In this document: piece after piece, positions 1 through 9,256 of the stretch
How positions within the stretch are numbered: the stretch's first letter is position 1
Layout of the letters: each line of letters begins with the position of its first letter
The notes under the pieces: generated by a model
Seen by the model: only the letters and a program-made list of their open reading frames with translations
Told to the model about the DNA's origin: nothing
The model's database searches: none
Translations under genes and position numbers: made by a program
NCBI GenBank assembly: GCA_963664115.2
Contig: CAXWPJ010000009.1
Span: 992,001-1,056,000 of the forward strand
Direction of reading: 5' to 3'
Source: Terriglobia bacterium
GTDB lineage: Bacteria; Acidobacteriota; Terriglobia; 20CM-2-55-15
Length of the DNA: 64,000 bases

Positions 1-1
1 G

Positions 2-235
2 CGTGCCCGTAAGACGTGCCCGGCAACCATAAGGAAGGCCGCGAGGCGTAAGCTTGAGCTGCTCGATTCGGCGGGCACGCTACACGACCTGCGGGTGCCG
101 CCTGGAAACCAGCTGGAAGCCCTGAAGAAAGAACGAGCTGGGCAACACAGCATTCGCGTGAACAATCAGTATCGCGTCTGCTTCGAGTGGACGGAGCTTG
201 GTCCGTCGAACGTGGAGATCATCGATTACCACTGA
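2..235 (+). CDS. higB: HigB-family (RelE/ParE-like) toxin, 5'-truncated by the window edge
   Basis: My frame-2 translation (not in the ORF track): ...ARRKLELLDSAGTLHDLRVPPGNQLEALKKERAGQHSIRVNNQYRVCFEW...VEIIDYH*. The PPGNxLE, HSIRVNxQYR and VEIIDYH motifs are typical of HigB. It lies upstream of HigA. Confidence 0.93.
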   Translation, partial: RARKTCPATIRKAARRKLELLDSAGTLHDLRVPPGNQLEALKKERAGQHSIRVNNQYRVCFEWTELGPSNVEIIDYH

Positions 236-264
236 GCACTTGTCGCAACTATGCGGAGGCTAAA

Positions 265-570
265 ATGGTCCGAGTCCCAACGCATCGTCAGCCTACTCAT
301 CCCGGACGGATGCTGTTAGAGGAATTCCTGAATCCGATGGGCCTCAGCCAACGGGAATTGGCTGATGGTATCCGTGTGCCGTATCAACGCGTCAATGAGC
401 TAGTGAATGGCCGACGTGGGATCACTCCGAGCACGGCGCTTCGACTAGCGAAGTTCTTCGGAACCACCGCCGATTTGTGGATGAACCTCCAGCTCCGTTG
501 GGATCTATATCACGCACAGGCAGCGGAGTCGGGGGAACTCGGGCGCATCAGGTGTGTGCAGACCAGCTAA
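265..570 (+). CDS. higA: HigA-family addiction module antitoxin (Xre HTH)
   Basis: PTHPGRMLLEEFLNPMGLSQRELA...VNELVNGRRGITPSTALRLAKFFGTTADLWMNLQ. ATG at 265 follows GGAGG. Confidence 0.93.
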   Translation: MVRVPTHRQPTHPGRMLLEEFLNPMGLSQRELADGIRVPYQRVNELVNGRRGITPSTALRLAKFFGTTADLWMNLQLRWDLYHAQAAESGELGRIRCVQTS

Positions 571-581
571 CCCAAACAGCG

Positions 582-611
582 ATATAACAAGCGGCTGCAC
601 CAGACGGCGGC
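582..611 (+). other. Possible left arm of an integron attC site (remnant)
   Basis: ATATAAC-AAGCGGCTGCACCAGACGGCGG lies just after the higA stop and resembles attC R''/L'' arms. No complementary right arm is seen. Confidence 0.4.
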
Positions 612-819
612 CACGGTATTGTCTTGAACCCTGCCTTGAAAACGATTCTCAACGCCTGTTAAATCATCTTCCCGGACACTGAGAATTGCCAATTTACGGA
701 GGGTTTTCACTGTCCGAGAATGTCGTTTCCGAGGACTGGAGCCTCTTCTTGCTAATAAATCCTACCTGTCGTTATATTTACGCAGATTTTCGTACTTCGC
801 ACCGACCGACACTGTAACG

Positions 820-1238
820 ATGAAATCCGGCACCAAACTCGGCTATTACGAGACCAGCACACTCTTAGGTAAAGGTGGAAAGGGCGAAGTGTCGCGGGAG
901 AATTACAAACGGACCAGCGAAAAACTTTTCGCAAGTGTTGGGATTCAGCCGCAATCGATATTCGTTGCGACTAATGGGCCCGTTAAGAATGTCCATTACT
1001 ACGCGATAGGAAAAGGCAAGCCGCGGGTATTAATACATGGGGAGGGTTTTACGCTTCGCACTGGTATCCGCTCATCAAATCTTTGCAGGAGAAATTTCAA
1101 CTCTTTATTCCTGACCGGCCAGGCTGCGGACTTACAGACACATTCCAATATCGCGGTGTGGATATACCAAGTCACGGAATAGACTTTGTTCGTTCGTTTA
1201 TGGATTCTGTTGGTATTGATAAAGCGGCCTTTGCGGGG
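820..1238 (+). pseudogene. Chimeric debris: Ser/Thr kinase N-terminus (about 820-897) joined to a frameshifted alpha/beta-hydrolase fragment
   Basis: MKSGTKLGYYETSTLLGKGGKGEV resembles kinase subdomain I (GxGGxGEV). It is followed by HYYAIGKGKPRVLIHG and, in another frame, LQEKFQLFIPDRPGCGLTD...DSVGIDKAAFAG, which stops at the IS end. Confidence 0.7.
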
Positions 1239-1585
1239 TGTAGCCTGTCAGAGCATTTCGCACGAAATACCCTAAAAAACTAAGAGACACTTTTCTAATC
1301 AGAACGATCTGAAGGAGGATCGAATGAGTGAGAAAGTGTCGGCAGAGAATCGGGTACGAGAGATTCGTCGATCGGCCCTGGTTCCGAAAGAGCGGACGCG
1401 CAAGAAGTACTCGTCTGAGGAGAAAGTGCGGATCGTGTTGGAAGGGTTGCGAGGCGAAGAGAGCATCGCAGAACTGTGCCGACGCGAAGGGATTCCGTCA
1501 AATCTGTATTACCGGTGGAGCAAGGACTTCCTGGAGGCGGGGAAGAAACGGCTGGCTGGGGACACGAAGCGGGAAGCGACATCGT
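1239..1585 (+). mobile_element. IS3-family element remnant (left end plus truncated OrfA, ORF 1324-1602)
   Basis: RTRKKYSSEEKVRIVLEGLRGEESIAELCRREGIPSNLYYRWSKDFLEAGKKRLAGD is an IS3 OrfA HTH. The element probably starts at TG 1239, where the hydrolase fragment breaks. There is no OrfB/DDE domain. Confidence 0.85.
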
Positions 1586-1763
1586 GGACCCATCGACGAT
1601 GATGCTCTTCGAGCGAACGTTCCCCTACCCGACGTTCGACCTCACTTCATTCGATATCCATCCCGACCTCGACCGATTCTTTTCTTTAGGATCGATCGTG
1701 GGTACGGGAAGGAGCAGAAAACTACGTCGCCAAGTGTCGTCTGTAATTTGGAGGGAGATCTAA
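1584..1763 (+). pseudogene. C-terminal gene fragment, possibly the propeller tail of a Ser/Thr kinase
   Basis: PSTMMLFERTFPYPTFDLTSFDIHPDLDRFF resembles the 'PxxLF...YDVxPDGxRFL' tail of kinase-PD40 proteins. Confidence 0.35.
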
Positions 1764-1805
1764 AACCGGCCCTTTTTCCGATTGGAAAAGGGCCGGTTTC
1801 GTTTT
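1763..1805. repeat. 43-bp palindromic element / bidirectional terminator, copy A
   Basis: AAACCGGCCCTTTTTCCGATTGGAAAAGGGCCGGTTTCGTTTT forms a hairpin with a T tail. It is 39/43 identical to 14774-14816. Confidence 0.8.
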
Positions 1806-1835
1806 TCTTACGGGGAAGTCGAAAGTGTCCGGAAC

Positions 1836-3965
1836 CTACCGGAAGGCCTCCGGGACGTTGAAGGTAAATATCGCGTTGTGTGTCTTGTCGGAAACCATCA
1901 CGTTCTGATTCCTGACATCGAGGGTGACGCCTCGCGCGTCCTTCAAGAGGACGTTCGGCCCGCCGATCGTCCACCGGGGCTCAGTGGGGCCGTCATCGAA
2001 GACGCTCCACACACCCACATAGTCTTCCTCCAGGAATCGCCCGCCGGGACGGACGACTCCGAAAATCATTCCGTTCTCCGGATTGCTGGTCAGCAACGAA
2101 ACTGCTGCCGCTGCATCACCGGTGATGACCCGGAGCGGAGGCGTGTTGCCCGAAGCCGTGCGATCGAAGATCTGGAGCTTGTCGCCGCCCGAGACGATCA
2201 GGAGATCGTGCACGGGGTCTATCGTCAGCCGGCCCGCAGTTAAATTCGTATCGGGTCCCTCCAGAGTCCGGAGGGGCGCCACATCGCCGTCCGCGTCCCG
2301 GTCGAAGACCAGCACCCGGCGGCCCTGGGGAACGAATATCTCCCCATGGACTGCATCTATGGCAAGAGCCTGCGGATTATGTATTTGCGTGCGGGGTCCC
2401 ATAATCTGGCGGACGGGCGCCGCGTCGCCATCCGCGCCCGCGGCGAAGGTGAGAATGGAAAGGTTATACCAACCGGGTACAAGGATCTCATCCCGCACCG
2501 GGTCGTAGGCCATGTCGTGAATCGTGCGTGTGAAATTAGTATTCTGTCCGGCAATGGACCGCGTCGCCGTTGTGCTCCCATCCGCCAGCCTGGCGAATGC
2601 CGCAATCTGCGGGTGGCCCACTCAGTTGCCGCCGAGGATTTCCTCGCGCCGAGTGTCGTACGTGATCGTGTGGACGTTTGCGAGCATGGGCCCGCGGGAG
2701 TCGGCGGGGCCGCTGCGAATCACGCGCGTTGGCGTAGGATCTCCTTCAGCGGTAATGTCATACACGGTCGCGGAGTGACTGCCCAGATTGGCGACCCACA
2801 GCTCGTCGTTGGTCAGGTCCAGCTTCACCCCGACAGGGTGGTTGATCAACGAGTTTGGACCCTGGAGGACTCGAATAGGAGCGGCGTTGCCGTCCGCATC
2901 GGCGCTGTAAACCGTTACCGTATGGCCGGTGTCATTGGCGACGAAGATCTCGCCCCGTTCCGGATGCACCGCGATATCGGTCGGCCAGTTCAGCAAGGTG
3001 TTAGGTCCCTGGATCACCTGCAAGGGTGCGACATTCCCCTGGGCATCCTTGCGGTACACAGTAATGGAGGGCGGCTCGTTCCGTCCCGAACCCGGAATGT
3101 TGGCTTCGCGCCCGACGGGCCAGTTGGCTTTTCCTTCTCCACGATTCAGGGTGGTCGGCGCGTCTGTGTCATAGTGGCGGTCCGCCACCGTACCCCAATT
3201 GGTGACAAAAATCAGGCCCGCGCTCGAGTCCACGGCGATCCCATGGGGATCGGCCAATCGCGTGGCCGATCCCTGGATCAGCCGCACGGGGGACTCTTCG
3301 TCCTCGGCCGATTTCCGAAAAACTGAGACCGCATGATCGTCCTGGACGGTCATGAAGATTTCCTGGGTCGCTTCATCGATGGACATCCGAACGGTCGTGT
3401 GCGGTGTGGCCAGTTTCCTCTTCGGCGCCACATTCCCTTGAGCGTCACGGCCCCAGACCGTCATCCAATTCAAGGTGTCGTTGTTGATGGCATAGATGTC
3501 GCCGCTTTCGGGGTCGATATAGATGCCGCAAACGTACTCCAGGAAGGTGTTCTCTCCCTGAATCACCCGTCTGGGTTCGCTGAACGCAGCAGTTGGCGGT
3601 GTATTCGTCATCCGGTCGTAGACGACGATGCTGAAATTATTTTCGTCGCCAGCGACAAGTTCACCTCGGATGGGGTCGATGTCAATGGCGGCAAACACAT
3701 GACGGGCGTCATGGATCGTACGGATGGGCGGTCTGTTCGCCACCGCCGCTCTTTCCGCCTCGCTCGGCCGGGGGGGAGGGTCCGTAGCCGCTCCTGCTTG
3801 GGCGCCTTCAACCAGCGCCATCAGACTCCCTGGAGCGCTGGCGGCCATCAGAATTGTCTGCCCGTTTCCGTCCGGCCCCAGCTGCCCGTTTTGAGGCAAC
3901 GCGCCGACAGCCACCGACAGACATAAAACCAGTGAGATCATTAAAATCCACTGCCTTGGTTTCAT
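1836..3965 (-). CDS. Secreted NHL-repeat beta-propeller protein, predicted selenoprotein (Sec at TGA 2622-2624; about 709 aa)
   Basis: ORFs 2622-3965 and 1836-2621 abut in frame (...EEILGGN-TGA-GTG GHPQIAAFARLADG). The TGA falls inside a blade repeat. The paralog at 13340 has the same TGA. A SECIS-like hairpin lies downstream. Signal peptide MKPRQWILMISLVLCLSVAVG, with a GAGGAGG RBS. Confidence 0.85.
2579..2599 (-). promoter_or_regulatory. Putative bacterial SECIS hairpin (propeller 1)
   Basis: mRNA CAUUCGCCA-GGC-UGGCGGAUG begins 22 nt after the UGA. The loop starts with G. Confidence 0.75.
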
Positions 3966-4169
3966 CTCAGTCCTCCTCTATTCCCGAGGGTTAACTTTGT
4001 GGATACTTCGTGTCGCTAACCCTATGGTCTTTCAATCTTTCCTGTCAAGCACTATGGCGTGAGGTGTATACCCTGTGCGCTCAAGGTGGCCAGGCAATCA
4101 GCGATACGCTCAATGACTGGGACAAGCTCTCCCGGCATCCTCGGGCGGAACCCGCCCCCGTCCGATCTC

Positions 4170-4330
4170 CTGGACAAAACGCGGAAGCCCAGGCCGACTT
4201 CAACCAGGGTTTTGTGATGAAGTATGGGTTTGCGAAAGACGAGGCCAAGCGATCGTTTCGCGAGGCCGTTAAACGCGATCCCAATAGCGCGATCCGTTGC
4301 TGGGGCGAAGCGTGGTCCTGGGGTTCTTAT
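4170..4330 (+). pseudogene. Fragment of a TPR-containing protein
   Basis: AQADFNQGFVMKYGFAKDEAKRSFREAVKRDPNSAIRCWGEAWSWG matches the N-terminal block of a common TPR family (AQxYFxQG...SFRxA...DP...YWGxAW). It has no credible start or continuation. Confidence 0.6.
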
Positions 4331-4342
4331 TTTGCCGGCCTT

Positions 4343-5107
4343 TTACTTGTCCGCATTTTGAAGGCGACTCAATGATTCTTTCACGCTCGGCGACTGGCCC
4401 GATGCAACATCTTCGCGCCGAAGTTCGTGGAAGTGAGTCAGAACCGTATTGGCTTCCGCCAGCACTTTGATCCGTGCGGCGTATTCCTGGATTTTGGCAC
4501 CCGGCAAGGCCCATAGAGCGAAATCGTCGGTGAGCACATCCAGATAGGCGCGCGCTCCGCAGCAACCCAGGCTCAGCGCAGCATTTCCCGTATTGATAGC
4601 CTGGGGTATCACGCCGCAGGCGGGCCGCCCCAGGGCCGGTGGGGCATTGGGCTCCACCTGCCCTACAGCTTCAGCGATCGCCAGGCTTTGCCTGGCATTG
4701 GCGAACAAGAGAACCACCGACGGTTGCAACGGAGTGGAAGCCAGAGGTGCGTAGACGACGTATTTCCCCTCTTCCTCCAGGACGGGAATCCGAGGGATGT
4801 CCTCGGGGCGAACATAGCCAAGGTCCCCGAAAACCTTCAGACTGTCGTTCAAGTCTTCCTCTGAGGACGTCGCAAGGGGCATGTGATGTGTGTACATCCC
4901 TATGCTGCAGTTCTGATGGTCTGTCGGAGAGGTGACAAACGTGGCCTCGGCTCCCTGCTGCCAAAAGACACACCCGGCTGCTACCGGTTTTGAGGGACTG
5001 GGAATTCCCTCGGGCGGCTCATCGGTCATGCAGACGGCGACGGGAGCGACCCGAAGTCCTAGCGATTCCATAATGGTCTGGGCGATGGGGGCATAGTCAC
5101 TCATCAC
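4343..5107 (-). CDS. DUF169-like domain protein
   Basis: PVAV...GCVFW...HQNCSIG...PSVVLLFANARQ...GRPACG...SLGCCGAR. This Cys pattern is typical of DUF169. GGAGA RBS. Confidence 0.75.
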   Translation of the reverse strand: MMSDYAPIAQTIMESLGLRVAPVAVCMTDEPPEGIPSPSKPVAAGCVFWQQGAEATFVTSPTDHQNCSIGMYTHHMPLATSSEEDLNDSLKVFGDLGYVRPEDIPRIPVLEEEGKYVVYAPLASTPLQPSVVLLFANARQSLAIAEAVGQVEPNAPPALGRPACGVIPQAINTGNAALSLGCCGARAYLDVLTDDFALWALPGAKIQEYAARIKVLAEANTVLTHFHELRREDVASGQSPSVKESLSRLQNADK

Positions 5108-5462
5108 GATTCTCCCTAATTCACCTCGTTAACAATGGGGCGTTTAAGACAGCAGTGTACTCATACCGCAACTCGACTCTAAAGTCCAATTGGATCGAAC
5201 GGATGAGCCGTACATTAACTTTACAAAATAACCAGACCAATGCGGATGTTATTCGAACATTCTCGATCGGTTATTTCCGATTAGACTTTGCTAATTGGGA
5301 GGCATTCTGACAGACTTACCCCGAAGGTAAAGGGACTCCGGGCTCACCACGTTTCGAGTAAACGTAAGGTGATTTTATGCGGTGGATGTCCTTGCGTTTC
5401 GGGCAAATAACCAGTGCAGTGCCGCCGGTGACGCCAGCGGGATACTTCCCAGAGAAGAACGA

Positions 5463-6356
5463 ATGCTAAGCGCAAAGCTTCTTAGTCTTAAGTCCCTGGT
5501 TTTGGTGGGGATTGTTCTCTCGCCAAACCTGTCCGCAATCGGAGCAGTCCAAGTCGACCCGTCCAGCCTCACCTGGGAAAGAGACTACGAAAAAGCTGTT
5601 GAGCGAGCCACAGCGGACGAGAAGCTGATCGTTGCCTACATGTTCACGGATTGGTGTGTGATCTGTAGGAGGATGGACAGCGAAACGTTCGTCGCGCCGC
5701 AATTGATAGAGGAGATGGCGGCGGAATATGTCTGGCTGAAGCTGAATACCGAAACTGAAGAAGACGGCAAACGTTTCCAGGAAGAGTTCGCAATACTAAC
5801 CTATCCCACGATTTTGCTCCTGGACAGTCAGGGCGAGGAAATCGAGCGAGTCAGCCGCTTCGTTCCTGCTGCCGAATTCCGGGAAACTGTTGAGTTTTTC
5901 GTTGAGAGCCCGGATTCTCTTGGGAGCCTGAGAGCAGCAGTCGAGGAGCAGCCCGATTCCGTTTCAGCGCAATTCGCTCTGGCCGAAAAATATCTCAACC
6001 AGAACAACTACCCTAAGGCCGCCGCCCGATATGAGAAGGTGATCGAGCTCGATCCTGAAAACCTTGAAGGCCATACCGATGAGAGCCTCTACAATGTCGC
6101 GCTCTCCCTCGCCAGCCAGGAAAGATTTGAAGAGGCGCTCGCCCAGTTGGATCTTCTTGAGAGTCGCTTTCCGATGAGCGGCAACCTTGGGGAGACGGCC
6201 GTCGTGCTAAGGGTACAGGTTCTCCACTGTTGTGGAAGAATGGATGAGGCGGAGGCCCTTTTACAACAGCAACGCAATGCGAACGCCGAACCGGCTCCTG
6301 TTGGGGAGGTCGAAAACCTGTTCTCCGAAATGGAAGCCGAAATCAGCGGCAATTAG
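5463..6356 (+). CDS. Exported thioredoxin-fold protein with TPR repeats
   Basis: Signal-like N-terminus, FTDWCVICRRMD (CxxC), cis-Pro motif YPTILLLD, and a TPR C-terminus (AQFALAEKY...YEKVIELDP). Confidence 0.85.
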   Translation: MLSAKLLSLKSLVLVGIVLSPNLSAIGAVQVDPSSLTWERDYEKAVERATADEKLIVAYMFTDWCVICRRMDSETFVAPQLIEEMAAEYVWLKLNTETEEDGKRFQEEFAILTYPTILLLDSQGEEIERVSRFVPAAEFRETVEFFVESPDSLGSLRAAVEEQPDSVSAQFALAEKYLNQNNYPKAAARYEKVIELDPENLEGHTDESLYNVALSLASQERFEEALAQLDLLESRFPMSGNLGETAVVLRVQVLHCCGRMDEAEALLQQQRNANAEPAPVGEVENLFSEMEAEISGN

Positions 6357-6527
6357 ACCACCTGCCACGACTATCTTCTGTAACACCATCTGTTGAAAAG
6401 CCCCTCTGTGACAGGGAATAGTAACGCGTCCTTCGGCCGGAATAAAACAGCTTGGATTCAGTTAGTTGTAAGTTTAATATCGACTTGCATTGGCGTGTCT
6501 GTTTGACTTGGAGAAGCAGGCGATCAA

Positions 6528-7151
6528 ATGGCTCGGAAAAAATACGGCAAACAATTCGCTAAGATGTTTGCGGCGATAGCGCTGCTGACCGTGACCGTCA
6601 TCGGGCTCGGTTATGGCTCGCTGCTTCGCGCTATGGATCAAGCTGGGGAAGACTATGGCCGGGGCGATGTGGAGGCTGCGCTGACCCGTTACGAGAGCAT
6701 CGAGGGTCGGCTGCGTTCCCTGGGCGCTCTGCGCATGATACCGGCGAAAGACCGCGGGAATCTTATTCTGAACCAGGCACGCCTGCTCTATGCCCTCGGT
6801 CGCTATGAGGATGCCCAGGTAGCCATGGATCGGGAGACTGAAATCGCCGGTGTCGCCAACAACGATTGCCGATTCCTTCTGTTGAACGGCGACATTGCAT
6901 TCCGGAGAGCCGTCAGGAATTACCGCGAATCGTCGGAGGGGGATGCGGGGTTGCTGGACGACGCCCTGCGCACTGCCGAAACTTATCTGCGTGATTCCCT
7001 GCGCCTCTGCCCGAATGACTGGGACGCCAAATACAATTTTGAGTTCATGCGGCTGAATCGGGCTCGGCCGGCACAGATCCCACTTTTGATGATGGGCGGT
7101 GATAACCAGGATCCGCCGCCGACAACCCTTCCGGCGGAACTGTCACCTTGA
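6528..7151 (+). CDS. MxaK-like TPR membrane-anchored protein
   Basis: N-terminal TM helix, TPR-like helices, and SLRLCPNDWDAKYNFE (compare MxaK/BatC ALRxxPxxWDAxYNLE). First gene of the MoxR-VWA operon. Confidence 0.65.
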   Translation: MARKKYGKQFAKMFAAIALLTVTVIGLGYGSLLRAMDQAGEDYGRGDVEAALTRYESIEGRLRSLGALRMIPAKDRGNLILNQARLLYALGRYEDAQVAMDRETEIAGVANNDCRFLLLNGDIAFRRAVRNYRESSEGDAGLLDDALRTAETYLRDSLRLCPNDWDAKYNFEFMRLNRARPAQIPLLMMGGDNQDPPPTTLPAELSP

Positions 7152-7185
7152 TTTCGGCGCCTCGATCACTCAGCGATAATCTCTG

Positions 7186-8202
7186 ATGGAATTTGCAAGA
7201 CAAGAATACTTCTGGCTGTTGCTGCCGGTTCCCTTTGTAGTTCTGCTCTGGGGAATCGGTGTATGGCACCTGCGGCGGATGCGGATCCGATTCGGAAATA
7301 TCGGAAACCTCGCGTCCATCTCAAGAATCTCCTGGTCAGGCAGAGAGTGGTTCCGAGGTCTGCTGTTTGTGGGCGCTCTGGGGCTGATGGTCGTGGCCCT
7401 GGCTGAGCCCAGCGCAGTTGTTCGGGAGTTGCACGCCGTTCCGACACCCACGGATCTGGTGTTCTTGTTGGATACCTCCCCCTCCATGTACGGACGCGAC
7501 ATGGATCCCAACCGGCTGGGTCGTGCTGAACGAATCATTGAGAGATTCCTCTTTCTGAAGCAGCCCGAGGATCGTTATGGCTTGATCTCGTTCAACTGGA
7601 CGAGCGTGGTGTTGTCCTACCTGACCCGCGATCCCCAAAGCATCTTGCTGTACTTCGATTATCTCAATCAGCTGAATGTGCCACAGCCGGGCACCAATGT
7701 GGGCGCCGTGCTGACCAACGCGATGCAGCTGGTTGCCACCGAACGGACCCTCGATCCGGAAAGCGCCCAGAATCGCCGCGTCGTTTTCGTCCTCCTTTCG
7801 GACGGAGACGATACGGCGGACGAGATCGAGGAGCCTCTGGCCGAGGTAGTTCGATCTGGGATTAATATCTATTCCATCGGTCTGGGTACGGCGAACGGCT
7901 CGAACGTGCCGATGGAGATGGCGGGGGGGTTGAACGGCCGGCCGGTAAGGTACTACCAGCGCTACGACGGGGTCCGGCTGATCAGTCAAGCGCAGGCCAG
8001 AACCATGAGAGAGGTCTCCGACCGGACGGGCGGACGGTTCGTGCGCGGTGAGCTGGAAGAGCAGGTGGATCAACTCATGGAGGAAATCCTGGTCGACAGC
8101 CGGCCTGTGTCCGGTTTCGAATCGAGCGCTGTGCGCCGAGACCTCTATGTTTATTTTCTGATGGCCGCTTTGGGATGCCTGTTGGTCGGCGTCTTTTTAT
8201 AA
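7186..8202 (+). CDS. VWA-domain membrane protein (MxaL/BatB-like)
   Basis: Two N-terminal TMs, MIDAS DTSPSM, GTN, LLSDGD, and a C-terminal TM. Confidence 0.85.
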   Translation: MEFARQEYFWLLLPVPFVVLLWGIGVWHLRRMRIRFGNIGNLASISRISWSGREWFRGLLFVGALGLMVVALAEPSAVVRELHAVPTPTDLVFLLDTSPSMYGRDMDPNRLGRAERIIERFLFLKQPEDRYGLISFNWTSVVLSYLTRDPQSILLYFDYLNQLNVPQPGTNVGAVLTNAMQLVATERTLDPESAQNRRVVFVLLSDGDDTADEIEEPLAEVVRSGINIYSIGLGTANGSNVPMEMAGGLNGRPVRYYQRYDGVRLISQAQARTMREVSDRTGGRFVRGELEEQVDQLMEEILVDSRPVSGFESSAVRRDLYVYFLMAALGCLLVGVFL

Positions 8203-8222
8203 CCGGCCTGGAGCCCTTGAGG

Positions 8223-9248
8223 ATGGAATCGTTGACCGAACACGTGGAAACGAAAGAGCAGGCATGGGAGGTCATCGCCAGAATCGAAGAGCAGATCCGC
8301 AAGGTGATTATCGGACAGGACGATTTGATCCGGCGCATCCTGATCGGGCTGTTCGGGCGCATTTCCTACTCGTTCAAGAAGGGGCAGGACGAAAAAACAG
8401 GTTCGGGTCACATTTTGTTGGAAGGCGTGCCCGGACTCGCGAAAACGCTGCTTGTCTCGGCCATTGCCAGCACGATTGACGCCAAGTTCCAGCGCATTCA
8501 GTTCACGCCGGATATGCTGCCCGCCGATATTCTTGGAACCAAAATCTTCGATAGCAAGGTCGGCGAATTCCGTACTGAAACAGGTCCGATCTTTGCCAAC
8601 ATTATTCTGGCGGATGAAATCAACCGCGCCCCGCAGAAGACGCAGAGCGCTCTGTTGGAAGCCATGCAGGAGCGCCAGGTCACGATCGGCGAGACTACAT
8701 ACGCGTTGGATGATCCTTTCTGGGTCCTGGCGACTCAGAACCCCGTGGAGCAGGAAGGCGTGTTCTCACTGCCCGAAGCACAGCTGGATCGATTTTGCAT
8801 GATGGTTCGTGTGCATTACCCGTCCCCGGAAAGCGAATACGACATGCTCTCAGCGAGTCTCGAAAAAACGGGCCTGGAATCGGTGACCGGCCCCAAAGCA
8901 GTTCTCGCGATCCGGCAATTAGTCGGTCAGGTGCACGTGGACGAAAAGATTCGCCGGTATATCGTTGCCATCGGCCAGAACACGCGCAGTAACGGCACGA
9001 ACACACTGCCGATTGTGGAGGAGATGGTCATGCACGGCGTATCGCCGCGCTCTTACAATCACCTGCTGGCGATGTGTCGTGCCGTAGCTTTTTTCCGCCG
9101 GCGCGATTACGTTCTCCCTTCGGATGTGAAGTACATTGCGCCCGATGTGCTGCACCACAGAATCGTGCGCACGATCCGGGCAGAAGTCGAAAACGTGGAA
9201 TCCGACGAGATCGTCGCCGAGGTGTTGCGACATACTCCGATTCCTTAA
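8223..9248 (+). CDS. moxR: MoxR-family AAA+ ATPase (MxaR-like)
   Basis: HILLEGVPGLAKT (Walker A), RIQFTPDMLPAD, ILADEINRAPQKTQSALLEAMQE, ATQNPVEQEG, LPEAQLDRF. Confidence 0.95.
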   Translation: MESLTEHVETKEQAWEVIARIEEQIRKVIIGQDDLIRRILIGLFGRISYSFKKGQDEKTGSGHILLEGVPGLAKTLLVSAIASTIDAKFQRIQFTPDMLPADILGTKIFDSKVGEFRTETGPIFANIILADEINRAPQKTQSALLEAMQERQVTIGETTYALDDPFWVLATQNPVEQEGVFSLPEAQLDRFCMMVRVHYPSPESEYDMLSASLEKTGLESVTGPKAVLAIRQLVGQVHVDEKIRRYIVAIGQNTRSNGTNTLPIVEEMVMHGVSPRSYNHLLAMCRAVAFFRRRDYVLPSDVKYIAPDVLHHRIVRTIRAEVENVESDEIVAEVLRHTPIP

Positions 9249-9256
9249 GAGGTCCT

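Noticed and set aside
645-715. IS/MITE-like end motifs (TCAACGCCTGTT near 649, imperfect IR GGACACTGAGAA...TTTTCACTGTCC at 674-715; similar short motifs near 6390 and 57370)
   Set aside because: Too short and unpaired, with no cognate transposase or target duplication visible.
1836-2621. ORFs 1836-2621, 12503-13339 and 56446-56697 as independent genes
   Set aside because: Each starts with GTG immediately after an in-frame TGA, has no RBS or signal peptide, and begins mid-domain. They are treated as read-through continuations.
6491-6507. Sigma-54 promoter upstream of the MoxR operon (TGGCGT...TTTGAC)
   Set aside because: The -12 GC is absent or mis-spaced relative to the GG.
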